64,000 nt of DNA from Abditibacterium sp. Lineage in GTDB: Bacteria > Armatimonadota > Abditibacteriia > Abditibacteriales > Abditibacteriaceae. The position numbers and the translations under genes are program-made. The stretch lies in the NCBI GenBank assembly GCA_965199495.1, contig CBDASK010000003.1, forward strand, positions 1,152,001-1,216,000, given 5' to 3'. Shown here one piece after another: positions 19,003 to 28,800 of this stretch (positions are counted from its first letter, which is position 1; each line of letters starts with the position of its first letter). The notes under the pieces were generated by a model. The model saw nothing but the letters and a program-made list of their open reading frames with translations, was not told where the DNA came from and did not search any database.

Positions 19003-19244
19003 ATCGCCGAAGTTGATGAGATGATTCTTTTCTGTCCTCGCTCATTTTGCAAACGCCATCGACAACGTGATCAACGCCCGGCATGGCTGAAACTGTTTTG
19101 GCGATTATAATGCGAAATTTTGCGGTTAGCTGACTGCATAAAGGGCTTGGAGCTTATAGGCCCCCAATTTAGCCCCACACGCCGATATTTGGATTTTACG
19201 GCACCTCTGCCTTTTGCGAGGGCAGAGGTGCCGTAAGAGACATT

Positions 19245-21857
19245 TCATCGAAGCACACGGAGAAACTCTTCGCCGATATCGTCGTCGCCCTGCCCTTTAC
19301 CATCATGCTCTTGATCGCCCTGCCCTTCATCTCCAGTCTCGGCAACCCCCTCGGTTGAGCTTTCGCTCTCGGGATTTTCCTTCGCCTGGTCTTTCTCGCC
19401 TTCATCGCCTTCGCTTTGACTTGGCTGAGCTTTTGGATTCGCTGAAGGACGAATAAACACTAATTCCCACATCGCGCCCTTGTTAGTTCTCTGCTCCTGG
19501 CGCTGAATGATGAACTCCCCGACTCCGTCCACGCCAAAGACGCGTTCTCGTTGTTTGAGGAGCAACGTCCCCAATCTTTGGGCCTGCGACTCCTCTTTTT
19601 CGCCGAGTATCGCCATGAAGTCGTCGCACTTTTTGTTGGCGAGGGCCAAAACCTGCTTGGCGGTGACCGGTTCATCCGCGAATTCTTCAAACCACGCTCC
19701 GACCAGTCCGCTCCAGGCTTCACGCGAAGTGTCGTTATAGAGTCGCTCGGATTTAAGGTTTTCCAAAAACCCGGGAATACCCGCGACTTGCAAGATGCCT
19801 CCCATGATTCGGCTCCAACGATTGAAACGGTGCTTACGGGTAGTGAATTCGGGTTTTCCTGCAGCCTTCCAACACTCGACCATAGTCACGAGCGCGCTCA
19901 AAACTTCGGATCGATGTTCATTGACGTAGGCCCAAGCATCACTTTTAAACTCGCGCTCGGCAGGCTCCTCCATTCGGGGATCGATGCGAATTTTGAGCAT
20001 TCGGGAAACGATGTCGGGGCTCAGTGTCGCGTTGTTGGCCGAGCCAACCCAAGTTGTTCTTCGGGTTTCGACAGGGGCCATGATGTTGCCACCGAGCAAG
20101 CGGTCTGTCTTAAACGGTTCCGTGATGTAGCTCGACAGAGCCGGAGAGCTAAGTTTGCTGGTAATGTTATCCACAAAAATAACCGATGCGCCCTTAATGA
20201 ATGCAGAGTGCAGGGATTTCCTCCACTCTTCGTGTTGCCAGGAGTCGTCAACCGAGACCGCTTTCTCGTAAGGCGCAATGGCAAGCGAGGCCGCATAGCT
20301 TTTACCACTGCTCCGCTGAGCGGCTTCAAAGAGGTGAAAGGGAGTTGCCCCATCGATCATCAAGCGCACAAGCGGCAAAAGCATGAGCGCAATGGTGTGA
20401 GAGCGAGAAGCGTCGTCTCGAAAGGCGACCTCTCCCAGAATCTCTTCCACGATGAGATCATGAGCAGCGGCAAGGTTCTCTTCCGTGGGATCGATATCCT
20501 CCAAAACGAAATCATCTGGCAAATTCAAGAAGGTCTGGGTTAGCGCGTCGTATCCGGGCTTGGCACACAACGTTCCGTCGGCCCGGTAAAAAGGCGCGGA
20601 CATTACGCGCGTGATGGCAGGAAGAGAAAAACGCGCGTGACTGGCCAAAAAGATATCCATCAGACTCTTGGGTGGGAAGATTTCTCCTCGGCTCCCATAC
20701 CAGACCGCAACTTCTCCCGCGAGCCACTGAAGTTGATTGGCATTCGCCGTGTTCAAAGAAATCTGGCCTTTCAAGTCCCTTTCAACGATGGTAAATCCAC
20801 CGGCCCCCCGGTAAAGCACAGGAAAGTCGGGGTTCTTAGCATTGGCCTTGTTTATTGCCTCGAAAAACTCTTTGAGAACTTCGGAAAGTTGGCCATCTAT
20901 AACGATAGAAGGGCACGCGCGCGTGCGCTCTTTCTTTTCGATGGCGCGCTGTTTCTGAGCCTTGGTGCGTTCGGACTTGGTCGGCAGTTCCCGAATCAGG
21001 TGCTTGAATTCTTCTAAAGTGCCGCCGCCCGCAAAGAAGTCGTCCAGGCCCATCTTGTCGCCGTTGAGTTGGCACGGTAGCTCAACGATATACACACGGG
21101 CACCCCGACTTTTCAGGGCGGCTGCTAATCTAACCAGAGCATCGTAAACGCCGTCTTTTTCGACCCAGTCCGAGTCGAAAACCAGCCAAACCTCGCGCGC
21201 GATGAGCTTGCCGTCGATTCTGCCCTTCAAAACGATCTCGTCCAGTTCGGTCAAATTGGCGATCCCGCCTTTGTCGTTGCCCCCTCGAAAAGCGAAAGTT
21301 CCGTGCAAGTTAAGCGCGGGCAACCCCCGCGACGCGGCACTGTCAGCTTTCTTTGCACCTTCGGTGATGATGAGCGGCACGGTGGGATCGCCGATCATTT
21401 TGAGCGTCAGGGGCGCGACGTCCAAAGATTGATGGCTGCCCTTGGCCTTCTCATATTTTATTACCTTTCCTTTTTCGTTCATGCGCGGTTCGCTGGGACG
21501 CAGCACATATTCGGTGATTTCGCCAACCCGATTGTAAAATGGTATCACCAAGCATTCGCCCACACGTTGCTGGCGAGCGCTGAAGTTCTGTTCGCGCAAC
21601 CATTTCCGGCCTTCGTTTCCTGCTGGTAAGGTGAAGTAGCCACGCGCCGCGATGGCTTCTGGCGAGATGCTCGACTCGCTCTCAAGCATCTCGCGGTGTT
21701 CGGCACTTAAAGACCAAGTGGTGTTTTGCTGGGCAGCCGGAGCGGCGGCGCTATTTTTGGGCAAGGACTGTTGAGAAGTCGTTGCCGATGTGTTCTTAGG
21801 CGTCGTGTTGACGCCAGAAATGTTTGAATGGGGAGTGTGCGGTGTGTTGTTGCGCAT
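19245..21857 (-). CDS. DUF3854 (Toprim-like) primase fused to a P-loop helicase-like domain
   Basis: IITEGAKKADS, VFDSD and KMGLDDFF Toprim motifs; AAQRSSGKS and IFVDNI P-loop motifs. Confidence 0.8.
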   Translation of the reverse strand: MRNNTPHTPHSNISGVNTTPKNTSATTSQQSLPKNSAAAPAAQQNTTWSLSAEHREMLESESSISPEAIAARGYFTLPAGNEGRKWLREQNFSARQQRVGECLVIPFYNRVGEITEYVLRPSEPRMNEKGKVIKYEKAKGSHQSLDVAPLTLKMIGDPTVPLIITEGAKKADSAASRGLPALNLHGTFAFRGGNDKGGIANLTELDEIVLKGRIDGKLIAREVWLVFDSDWVEKDGVYDALVRLAAALKSRGARVYIVELPCQLNGDKMGLDDFFAGGGTLEEFKHLIRELPTKSERTKAQKQRAIEKKERTRACPSIVIDGQLSEVLKEFFEAINKANAKNPDFPVLYRGAGGFTIVERDLKGQISLNTANANQLQWLAGEVAVWYGSRGEIFPPKSLMDIFLASHARFSLPAITRVMSAPFYRADGTLCAKPGYDALTQTFLNLPDDFVLEDIDPTEENLAAAHDLIVEEILGEVAFRDDASRSHTIALMLLPLVRLMIDGATPFHLFEAAQRSSGKSYAASLAIAPYEKAVSVDDSWQHEEWRKSLHSAFIKGASVIFVDNITSKLSSPALSSYITEPFKTDRLLGGNIMAPVETRRTTWVGSANNATLSPDIVSRMLKIRIDPRMEEPAEREFKSDAWAYVNEHRSEVLSALVTMVECWKAAGKPEFTTRKHRFNRWSRIMGGILQVAGIPGFLENLKSERLYNDTSREAWSGLVGAWFEEFADEPVTAKQVLALANKKCDDFMAILGEKEESQAQRLGTLLLKQRERVFGVDGVGEFIIQRQEQRTNKGAMWELVFIRPSANPKAQPSQSEGDEGEKDQAKENPESESSTEGVAETGDEGQGDQEHDGKGQGDDDIGEEFLRVLR

Positions 21858-22016
21858 GTCTATAAATACGAAGCGATGCTTCTCTCCCCATCGGGATCGA
21901 GGACACTAAACGTGAAACCGGGTGTTTTTGTTGGTAATTTCCTGTCTATTGGTCTCATAAACCGACTCAATATCGGACATTAAAATGGCTCTGCACCAAT
22001 TTTAAATCTCAATATT

Positions 22017-23006
22017 ATGCGCCCAGAAGAAAATAAAAATCAAAACCGCCGATCATTTCTACTGAAACAAGTTGAGCGGCTGGTGGGCGAAGGCAAAAGT
22101 ATTCGGGACGCTTGCGCGCAAGTTAATGTGCCCCGCTCGCAATTTTACAAATGGCGCTCTCGCCGAGATGAAGATCCGGTCAACGGTCTTTACGATCTTT
22201 CTCGACGCGCGCCTGACCATAGCAGCAACGTTTCATTGACCGAACGAAAACGGATATGTGAACTGTCACTGCAGTTTCCAAAAGAAGGATGTGACCGATT
22301 AAAGGTGCGTTTAGAGCGCGAGGGTATTACTCGTAGTAGCACAACGATTCAGGAAGTGCTTCGACAAAATGGTTTGGAAAATATTGGTCTGCGCCAATGG
22401 CAAAAGAATAGGCAGCTAAAACAGTTAATTCAAGGAAAACGACGTCAACTTCAACAGCTTCCACGTCGGCGCGCCCGCTCCCAAAGAGCGCGACTCTATG
22501 AGAGTCAGCGCGCGCTCCTCAATCCCGGTGAGTCGTTTTTCCAAGGGTTTTATAAAGTCGTAATACCAGAAGGGTTAGTCAAGTCAGGCAGATCGGATGG
22601 TCTCTACTTACATTTTATATTCGATTTTGCCACGGAATTGGTCTGGTTCGATTTGAAGTGGTCGTGGAATCCTATAAGTTTACCGAGCGCCCGCGACGTC
22701 ACGGATTTATTGCAAAGCGGGGTTGTTGAGGCTTTCAAACAAAAAGACATCGCGATCAATTCTATAATGACCAGTAACCAGTCGGCATTTGTTGAGCGGA
22801 AATCCTTTCCACGTCCTGGCACAAATGGCCCAGACCATCCCCTCGAATATAGCAGGGAAGTCGGTCTGTTGGGTCTACGGCATATAATAATTAAAAAAGA
22901 AACAGCAGAAGTGAAAGCGGTGATCGCTTACGTCTTAGAGCGACTACAAGCAGAGTTTCCCGATCAGATTACCCTGACTTATTTTATAGATCCCACGAAG
23001 GCGTAG
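22017..23006 (+). CDS. IS481-like transposase-derived HTH protein with degenerate DDE core (copy 1)
   Basis: SIRDACAQVNVPRSQFYKWR..GLYDLSRR HTH; rve-like LYLHFIFDFATELVW; TSNQ in place of TDNG; paralog at 61852-62925. Confidence 0.7.
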   Translation: MRPEENKNQNRRSFLLKQVERLVGEGKSIRDACAQVNVPRSQFYKWRSRRDEDPVNGLYDLSRRAPDHSSNVSLTERKRICELSLQFPKEGCDRLKVRLEREGITRSSTTIQEVLRQNGLENIGLRQWQKNRQLKQLIQGKRRQLQQLPRRRARSQRARLYESQRALLNPGESFFQGFYKVVIPEGLVKSGRSDGLYLHFIFDFATELVWFDLKWSWNPISLPSARDVTDLLQSGVVEAFKQKDIAINSIMTSNQSAFVERKSFPRPGTNGPDHPLEYSREVGLLGLRHIIIKKETAEVKAVIAYVLERLQAEFPDQITLTYFIDPTKA

Positions 23007-23012
23007 AATCGT

Positions 23013-23876
23013 TCAGCTTCGCACATCAACCAAAGATATTGCGCCTTCGCGGACAAAGCGGTTGGGCATGACGTGAACTTGGACAAGGCCGGTTTCCATT
23101 GATCTTGTTTGCAGCACCAGTTCGACGCGGGCGAAATTATTCAGCGTGCCTAAAGCAGTGCATTGCAGTGAATTATTAGGGCGCCCATTCGCTGCGCGGC
23201 GAGAATGGAGATTCCTTTTTAGGGGTAGCTCTGCCACGATCAGCCCGGCACCGCAAGCGCGCGCGAATCCGCTCAACTTGACCAGCAAACGGTAGAACAT
23301 CTGCCCCTGCCTTCGCGAGTTGGATATTCTGTGCTCACTGTTTTGCCCCTTAGCGAAATTGGTTTCAACAACAGCAACCAAAGAATCCACCACCAATAGG
23401 CTGGGCACGCCATCGGCTTCGCCACGGCGCCAGGCATCCACCAAAAGGGCGACATCCGACATCGTGGTCAGTTGAAGGCGCTTAAACAAACCCCGGGCTT
23501 CAAATGCGTCCAAACCGGCGGCTCGCAGTATCGCCGCGCCAAATCGGTTCGAGGCATCAATGATACAGACGCGTTCTCCCCTCGCGCACGCGGCGCGGCA
23601 GAGTTCGAGCAATAGCGCATCGGCGGCAAAAGTATGTGGTGCCCGCCAGTGCGTCACCATAGACGATGGAAGGCCCACACCGCCCAAAGCGCGGTCAAAG
23701 TTGGGCACTCCGGTCGAAAGGAAACGCAGTTCGGGCGGATGGTTCTCGAAAAAGGGCGCCAATTCATTGAACTCCGTGCGGGCCTGTTCGGGCGTGAGTT
23801 GGCAGGGTCTGGGTGTTGGTTTGTTGATTTTGAGAGTTCCCATACCTGGGATTTTAACCCACGAAAAATCGGCCAA
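23013..23876 (-). CDS. RecA/RadA/ImuA-like protein with degenerate Walker A
   Basis: STGVPNFDRALGGVGLP, CIIDASNRF, LLVVDSL; the P-loop position reads RAPHTFAAD. Confidence 0.7.
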   Translation of the reverse strand: MADFSWVKIPGMGTLKINKPTPRPCQLTPEQARTEFNELAPFFENHPPELRFLSTGVPNFDRALGGVGLPSSMVTHWRAPHTFAADALLLELCRAACARGERVCIIDASNRFGAAILRAAGLDAFEARGLFKRLQLTTMSDVALLVDAWRRGEADGVPSLLVVDSLVAVVETNFAKGQNSEHRISNSRRQGQMFYRLLVKLSGFARACGAGLIVAELPLKRNLHSRRAANGRPNNSLQCTALGTLNNFARVELVLQTRSMETGLVQVHVMPNRFVREGAISLVDVRS

Positions 23877-24128
23877 AAACCCGCGCTCCCCGCGCAGCTA
23901 ATCATCGGTATCTATCGGCTGAATTATTTATTGTTCTGGTATAGTTACAGGGAAAGGCAATTTGGGATCTTCACATCAACCGCCGGATAAGCCACCTTAA
24001 GAGATCTACTCAAAAGGTTGTGCCACTTTATCTTGCCCTAAATCTGCGTCATAGTCCTACCAATGATTCTGTGTCTTTGGTAGTCGTAATTCAATACCTT
24101 TAATTGCTCGTTGCAGGAAGATTGCGGC

Positions 24129-24359
24129 CTACCATATTATCCAAGCTTTACCGTTGCTCGCTCGTCCCTTCTCGACGTGAGCCTCGGATTCTCCGCAATT
24201 AGGACACTTGCGCACTCCATTGTTGATATTGGTAGCACCACTGACTAAGAACACTTTGCCACACCCTTCCATAGGGCAGGTGAAAGCGGCGTTGTTTCCA
24301 ATCCAATCCTCGTCAAGATCTTTATCAACAGTGCTTGAATTAATATTGTGTTTGGGCAT
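24129..24359 (-). CDS. Small Zn-ribbon hypothetical protein
   Basis: CPMEGC..CPNC cysteine pairs in 76 aa. Confidence 0.55.
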   Translation of the reverse strand: MPKHNINSSTVDKDLDEDWIGNNAAFTCPMEGCGKVFLVSGATNINNGVRKCPNCGESEAHVEKGRASNGKAWIIW

Positions 24360-24856
24360 AAGTGAATATTGTTGTCGGAAATTAGCTTCTCTGGCGGTAT
24401 GGTAGGTATACCATCAATATATGCTTTCATTGTGAGAATTCAGAAGGCACATCTGTCAAGTAAACATCGAAAGTTTCTTCAGATATGAGAATTTTTCGAT
24501 ATCCGCTCGACGCCCTATGCGTTCTCGAAATAGGACGGCCCCCGAAAAAAATCTGCCAAAGCTATCATTGTAGAGGGAAAAAGGATTTCGTAGCGAAAGT
24601 TGATTAGCGTTTAAGCATTCATCACAAGTTCGTTTCCTCGCGCGAAACGGTCGCTCTCTTAATTTAGTCGAAGTGTGCGCGTGATGCTAAGCGCTGGACA
24701 TCCATTTCCTTGGATTTATCTGAGAGTTGAATGGTTTACTGACGAATTTTGAAGATGCGGGCTGAATTGTTTAGATTTAATTTTCTAATATGTGAGAAAA
24801 TTCTCTGCAAAAACGATACATTTTCAGGTGATTTTCGCTAATTTAAACTTTGGGAT

Positions 24857-25732
24857 GTGTCCTTTCCCTCCACACCTCTCGACTTCTCGCACCTGACCCC
24901 GCTGCAACGTTTAGTTGTGTTGCAACTGATCCGCGTCCGCGAACGGGCCGGATTATCCCGCGCGCAAATGGCGCAACGCACCGGCTTTGCGCCCGCTGAA
25001 ATTGAACGCATTGAAACCGGCCACCGTGCGCTGGATATGCTGGAAGTGCGCCAGTGGTGCCGTGCGGCGGGCACAACGCTGGTCGAGTTCGCGCGCGAGT
25101 TGGACGCACCGATCGCGGCCTTGTTAGATCAAGAGGACGAAGAGCGCAGGCGCGCACAAGAGGCGCAGGTGGCGCAATCGGAGAAACCCGGCACGCACCT
25201 ACTGTGCTTTGCGCCCGATGCCCCACCCAAATTACTATCGGTTAAAAACGTGTTTGCGGCGATAGAATTTCTGCTGTGCACCAGCCGCGTGCGCGTCTTT
25301 GCGACCGACAGCTCGGCGACGCTGGGGTTTTCCGCTAACGACACCACGCGGGAGAACGTGATGCGCGGTGACGGGAACAGCGGCGACGGGAACAGCAGCG
25401 ACGACGCAGCGGGCGAATATACGCTACTGCGCCCGACCGGAGCGTTTCTGGTCGTGGCCGGAAAACTGAAAGGCAGCCACATTTCCGCCTCGGCGCCGCG
25501 TAACCCGGACTTGTCGTGGGCACCAATTGAGGCGTGGGTGTCGCTATGCCCCTATGCGCTCGATCTGACAAACCCAAATAACATCCAACGCTTGCGGTTG
25601 GGTTCGCTTTCGCCGTTGCAACTGGAGCTTGTCCTCGATAAATTTGCGCCCCAGCTTTCGGACGGCGCCGTCGAGCAGATCATGGGTGAACACCCCGATG
25701 GTGCCGCGTGGATGGCGGAGTGGAACGACTAA
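24857..25732 (+). CDS. XRE-family HTH protein with an unknown C-terminal domain
   Basis: RERAGLSRAQMAQRTG..IERIETGHR. Confidence 0.75.
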   Translation: MSFPSTPLDFSHLTPLQRLVVLQLIRVRERAGLSRAQMAQRTGFAPAEIERIETGHRALDMLEVRQWCRAAGTTLVEFARELDAPIAALLDQEDEERRRAQEAQVAQSEKPGTHLLCFAPDAPPKLLSVKNVFAAIEFLLCTSRVRVFATDSSATLGFSANDTTRENVMRGDGNSGDGNSSDDAAGEYTLLRPTGAFLVVAGKLKGSHISASAPRNPDLSWAPIEAWVSLCPYALDLTNPNNIQRLRLGSLSPLQLELVLDKFAPQLSDGAVEQIMGEHPDGAAWMAEWND

Positions 25733-25806
25733 CGATAGCTGAAGCACAATTTGATTTGAATAAATACGGCAATATGGCAAGGCACTTAATTCGGACTTCG
25801 CGTTGT

Positions 25807-28800
25807 TTATTTCGGCAAAATCACGATGCGGCCTTCCTTGGTGCGGCGTCCTCCTGAATTGCCATCGTTCCATGTTGGGGCGTGGAAAATATCAAGGCCG
25901 CGCCCCAGAATAATCAGCCAATTGGGAAGCTCCATTTTGCGGTCGTGAATGCGGTCGCTGAATTCAAACGTAAAATTGATGCCAGTTGCCTTTAATCTCT
26001 CCTGTAAATCTTCCAATCGGGCGCGAGAATCCTCTTCACCGTAATCACTTTGCGCGTCGAACATCGTGATGAGATGAAATTTGGCTCCGATTGCCAGAGG
26101 GCACTCGCGCAGCAAATCTTCGATGTTGCGCATCTGATAAAAAGCGCGAATATAAGGATCAACGAGAGTTACTTCCTTTACACCCGCGAGGTAACTTCCG
26201 AAAATCTCGCGGAAGCTACGCAAATCGCCATCGCCCATCTCGATGATTTTATGCGACGCGACCTGCGCAACGCTCGGAGTGTTCGCGCTCTGAAACGAAG
26301 CGGGCGTTACCTTTGTGGCGCTTTTGAACACTGTTTCAAGAGTCTCGAACGCCAGGCGCGCCGTTTTCGCATCCTCGCTGTAGACGAGCGAAAGGCTTGC
26401 TTCGTCCAACTCCGGCGCCAGCGGGAACGCTTGACCCTCGACCGCCAAACATAGCGGTGACTCGCCCTGTAATGCCACTTGCCACTGAGCAGTTTCAGGC
26501 GAAGAGCTTGGAAGATGGCGCACCAAGATTCCGGCCTCGATCCAATCGAGCACGGTTTTCACGCGCGCGAAGTTCTCTTCGGTGAGCGATTCGAGCGTCG
26601 GCAGAGCGGCCAGCACGATGGTAATTTCGCAATCGGCGTGAGCGCGTTTCCACTCGCACAAAAAGCGTCCCCAATTTTGCGCGCCCGTAGAGGCCTCACT
26701 GCTGACTTCGCCCACGAATAATATTGTTTGAAGCGGCGCAATCCGGCGCCAGGCGCGTTGCAGCCACGCCGCTCGGCGCGTGCTGCCCAGGAGTTTCGCG
26801 CCCGCGCCAAACGTGGCCAAACGCGCGTGGGTTTCTGGTGCGTTACCCGCGATGAGCGCGTCCAAATAAGGCGCGATGAGATTCTTATCAAGCAAATCGT
26901 GCTGGCGCTGATTGCCATAGGTGCGCAGACATTTATAGCACGAGCGGTCACAGTCGCAACCGTCCAAAATTGCGCGCGCCGCCGCCAATACTTCAGTAAA
27001 ACGCGAGGCGACCTTTCGAACGTAACCCGCGCCGCCAGGAACGCCATCGAACAACACCAACTCGCGCTCGAAAAGAGCGCCCTCGCTGCCTTCTGCTCGC
27101 CCGATCCGGCGCGAGAAACCGCCGATCTCGCCAGTTTCAGCGCCCGCGACGGTTGTCGAAGCGCCCAGCAACGCACTTTGCAACGAAGCAAAGAATTCTT
27201 CGCCCCTGTCCTCGACTTCCGAAAAGCGCAAACATAGCGCGTCGGTATCAAAGCGATAGCCCAAATGCGCCACGAGCGGATTGCCACCGCAAACCTGTTT
27301 GCGATTATGCAGTAACTTGTGTTCTTCCCACTTCGCTTTGCTGGTCGGCGAATGCCAGTAACCGCAGCTCCGGCACAGCGAAAAGCCCTGGCCCTCCTCT
27401 TCGACCAGCCCTGTATTGGTTTGTAGAATTTCGGCGCGGCGCCGCAACAGCGCGCTCGCACCAATCCAATTCCAGTTTTCTCCCTCGCCCTCTTCGCCTT
27501 CGAGCAAATGAGTGCCGCTACCGAAAAACGCGCGCTGGCGATACTCTTCGTCGGCGCCGATGGCCTCGGCGCGCTCGGCGACAAATGAAGTCGCCATCAA
27601 GACAGGTTGCGTGTGCGGCGACAGATCAACTTTGCAGTGCGGGCAACGCATCGCCATTGGGTCGAACGACACGAAATCGCAGCGGTCGCACATTTTAAAC
27701 GACGCGTCCAAATCGGGCTTGGGCGCGCGATGAAAATCGAGGCCGATGACCTGATATTTGCGCCCATCCATGTAAATCGAGTTGCCAGGCGCGTATTCGC
27801 TCAACGCCACGCCCGCCGCGCGCAAAACCGGCGCTTTCACTTCGTCTTTGGGAATTAAGCGCGCCGCATCCGAAGGGAAAGCGTAGGACGGCAGAAAGCT
27901 CTTATCCGACAAATAAGAAAGCGGATAAGCGCCATCAACGGTGCTCATCAAATCGAACAAAAAGCTCTCGCGTTCCGAGAGCGCCGCCGCTGCTTTGGGA
28001 TCGCGCCGCGCCAGCTTCGCCTTTTCGATGGCCAGAGCCAAAGTTTCCTCCAGCAGAATGTTGCGCTCCTGCGTCCAAGGCTCGAACGCGGCCATCAAAC
28101 CGGCGTAGAATTCGTCCACGATGCGTTCGGCTTCGACTTGCGTCACCCATTCCAGGCCCGCTTCGCCACGCCCGAACGCTTCCAAAACGCCCTTGACGAT
28201 GGCGCCGCGCCGCGCCGCCAATTCGGTTTGGAGATCGGGAAACTCAAGCGTGTCGCTATCCTCCGCCAACAATTCGCCCAGCCGCGTGGGAAACTGAAAA
28301 TCGAGTTTTTCCAGCAGTAGCGAATGAATCTGGCGCCGCAAAATACGCTGGTTGTCGAGCGAAAATTCGGGTGGCTCGATGGCGCCGGTAATCATCTGTG
28401 TGGGGCGCTCGTAGAAATAAGAATCGTGCGCCCGCGATAGCGCGAACGCGTTGACCAACGAGATGCGCTCTTTGCGGCCAGCTCGTCCGCTACGCTGGGC
28501 GTAGTTGGCGGGGCCGGGCGGCATATTGCGCAGAAAAACGCCGGGCAAATCGCCGATATCCACGCCCATTTCCATCGTCGGCGTGCAAACCAAAACATCC
28601 GATTCGCCTGATTTGAAAGCGCGTTCGACTTCGATGCGCCTTTTGCCGCTCAGTTGGGCCGAATGTTCGCCCGCCAACAACCGAAACGGTTCGCGGTGAC
28701 GATAAGTGTCCACATAATAGTTCTGGTCATCGCTCTCGAAGGGCGACAAACGCCCGTTGCATTGCCAGCGCGCGCAAACGCCGCGCGCATTGTGCTCCGA

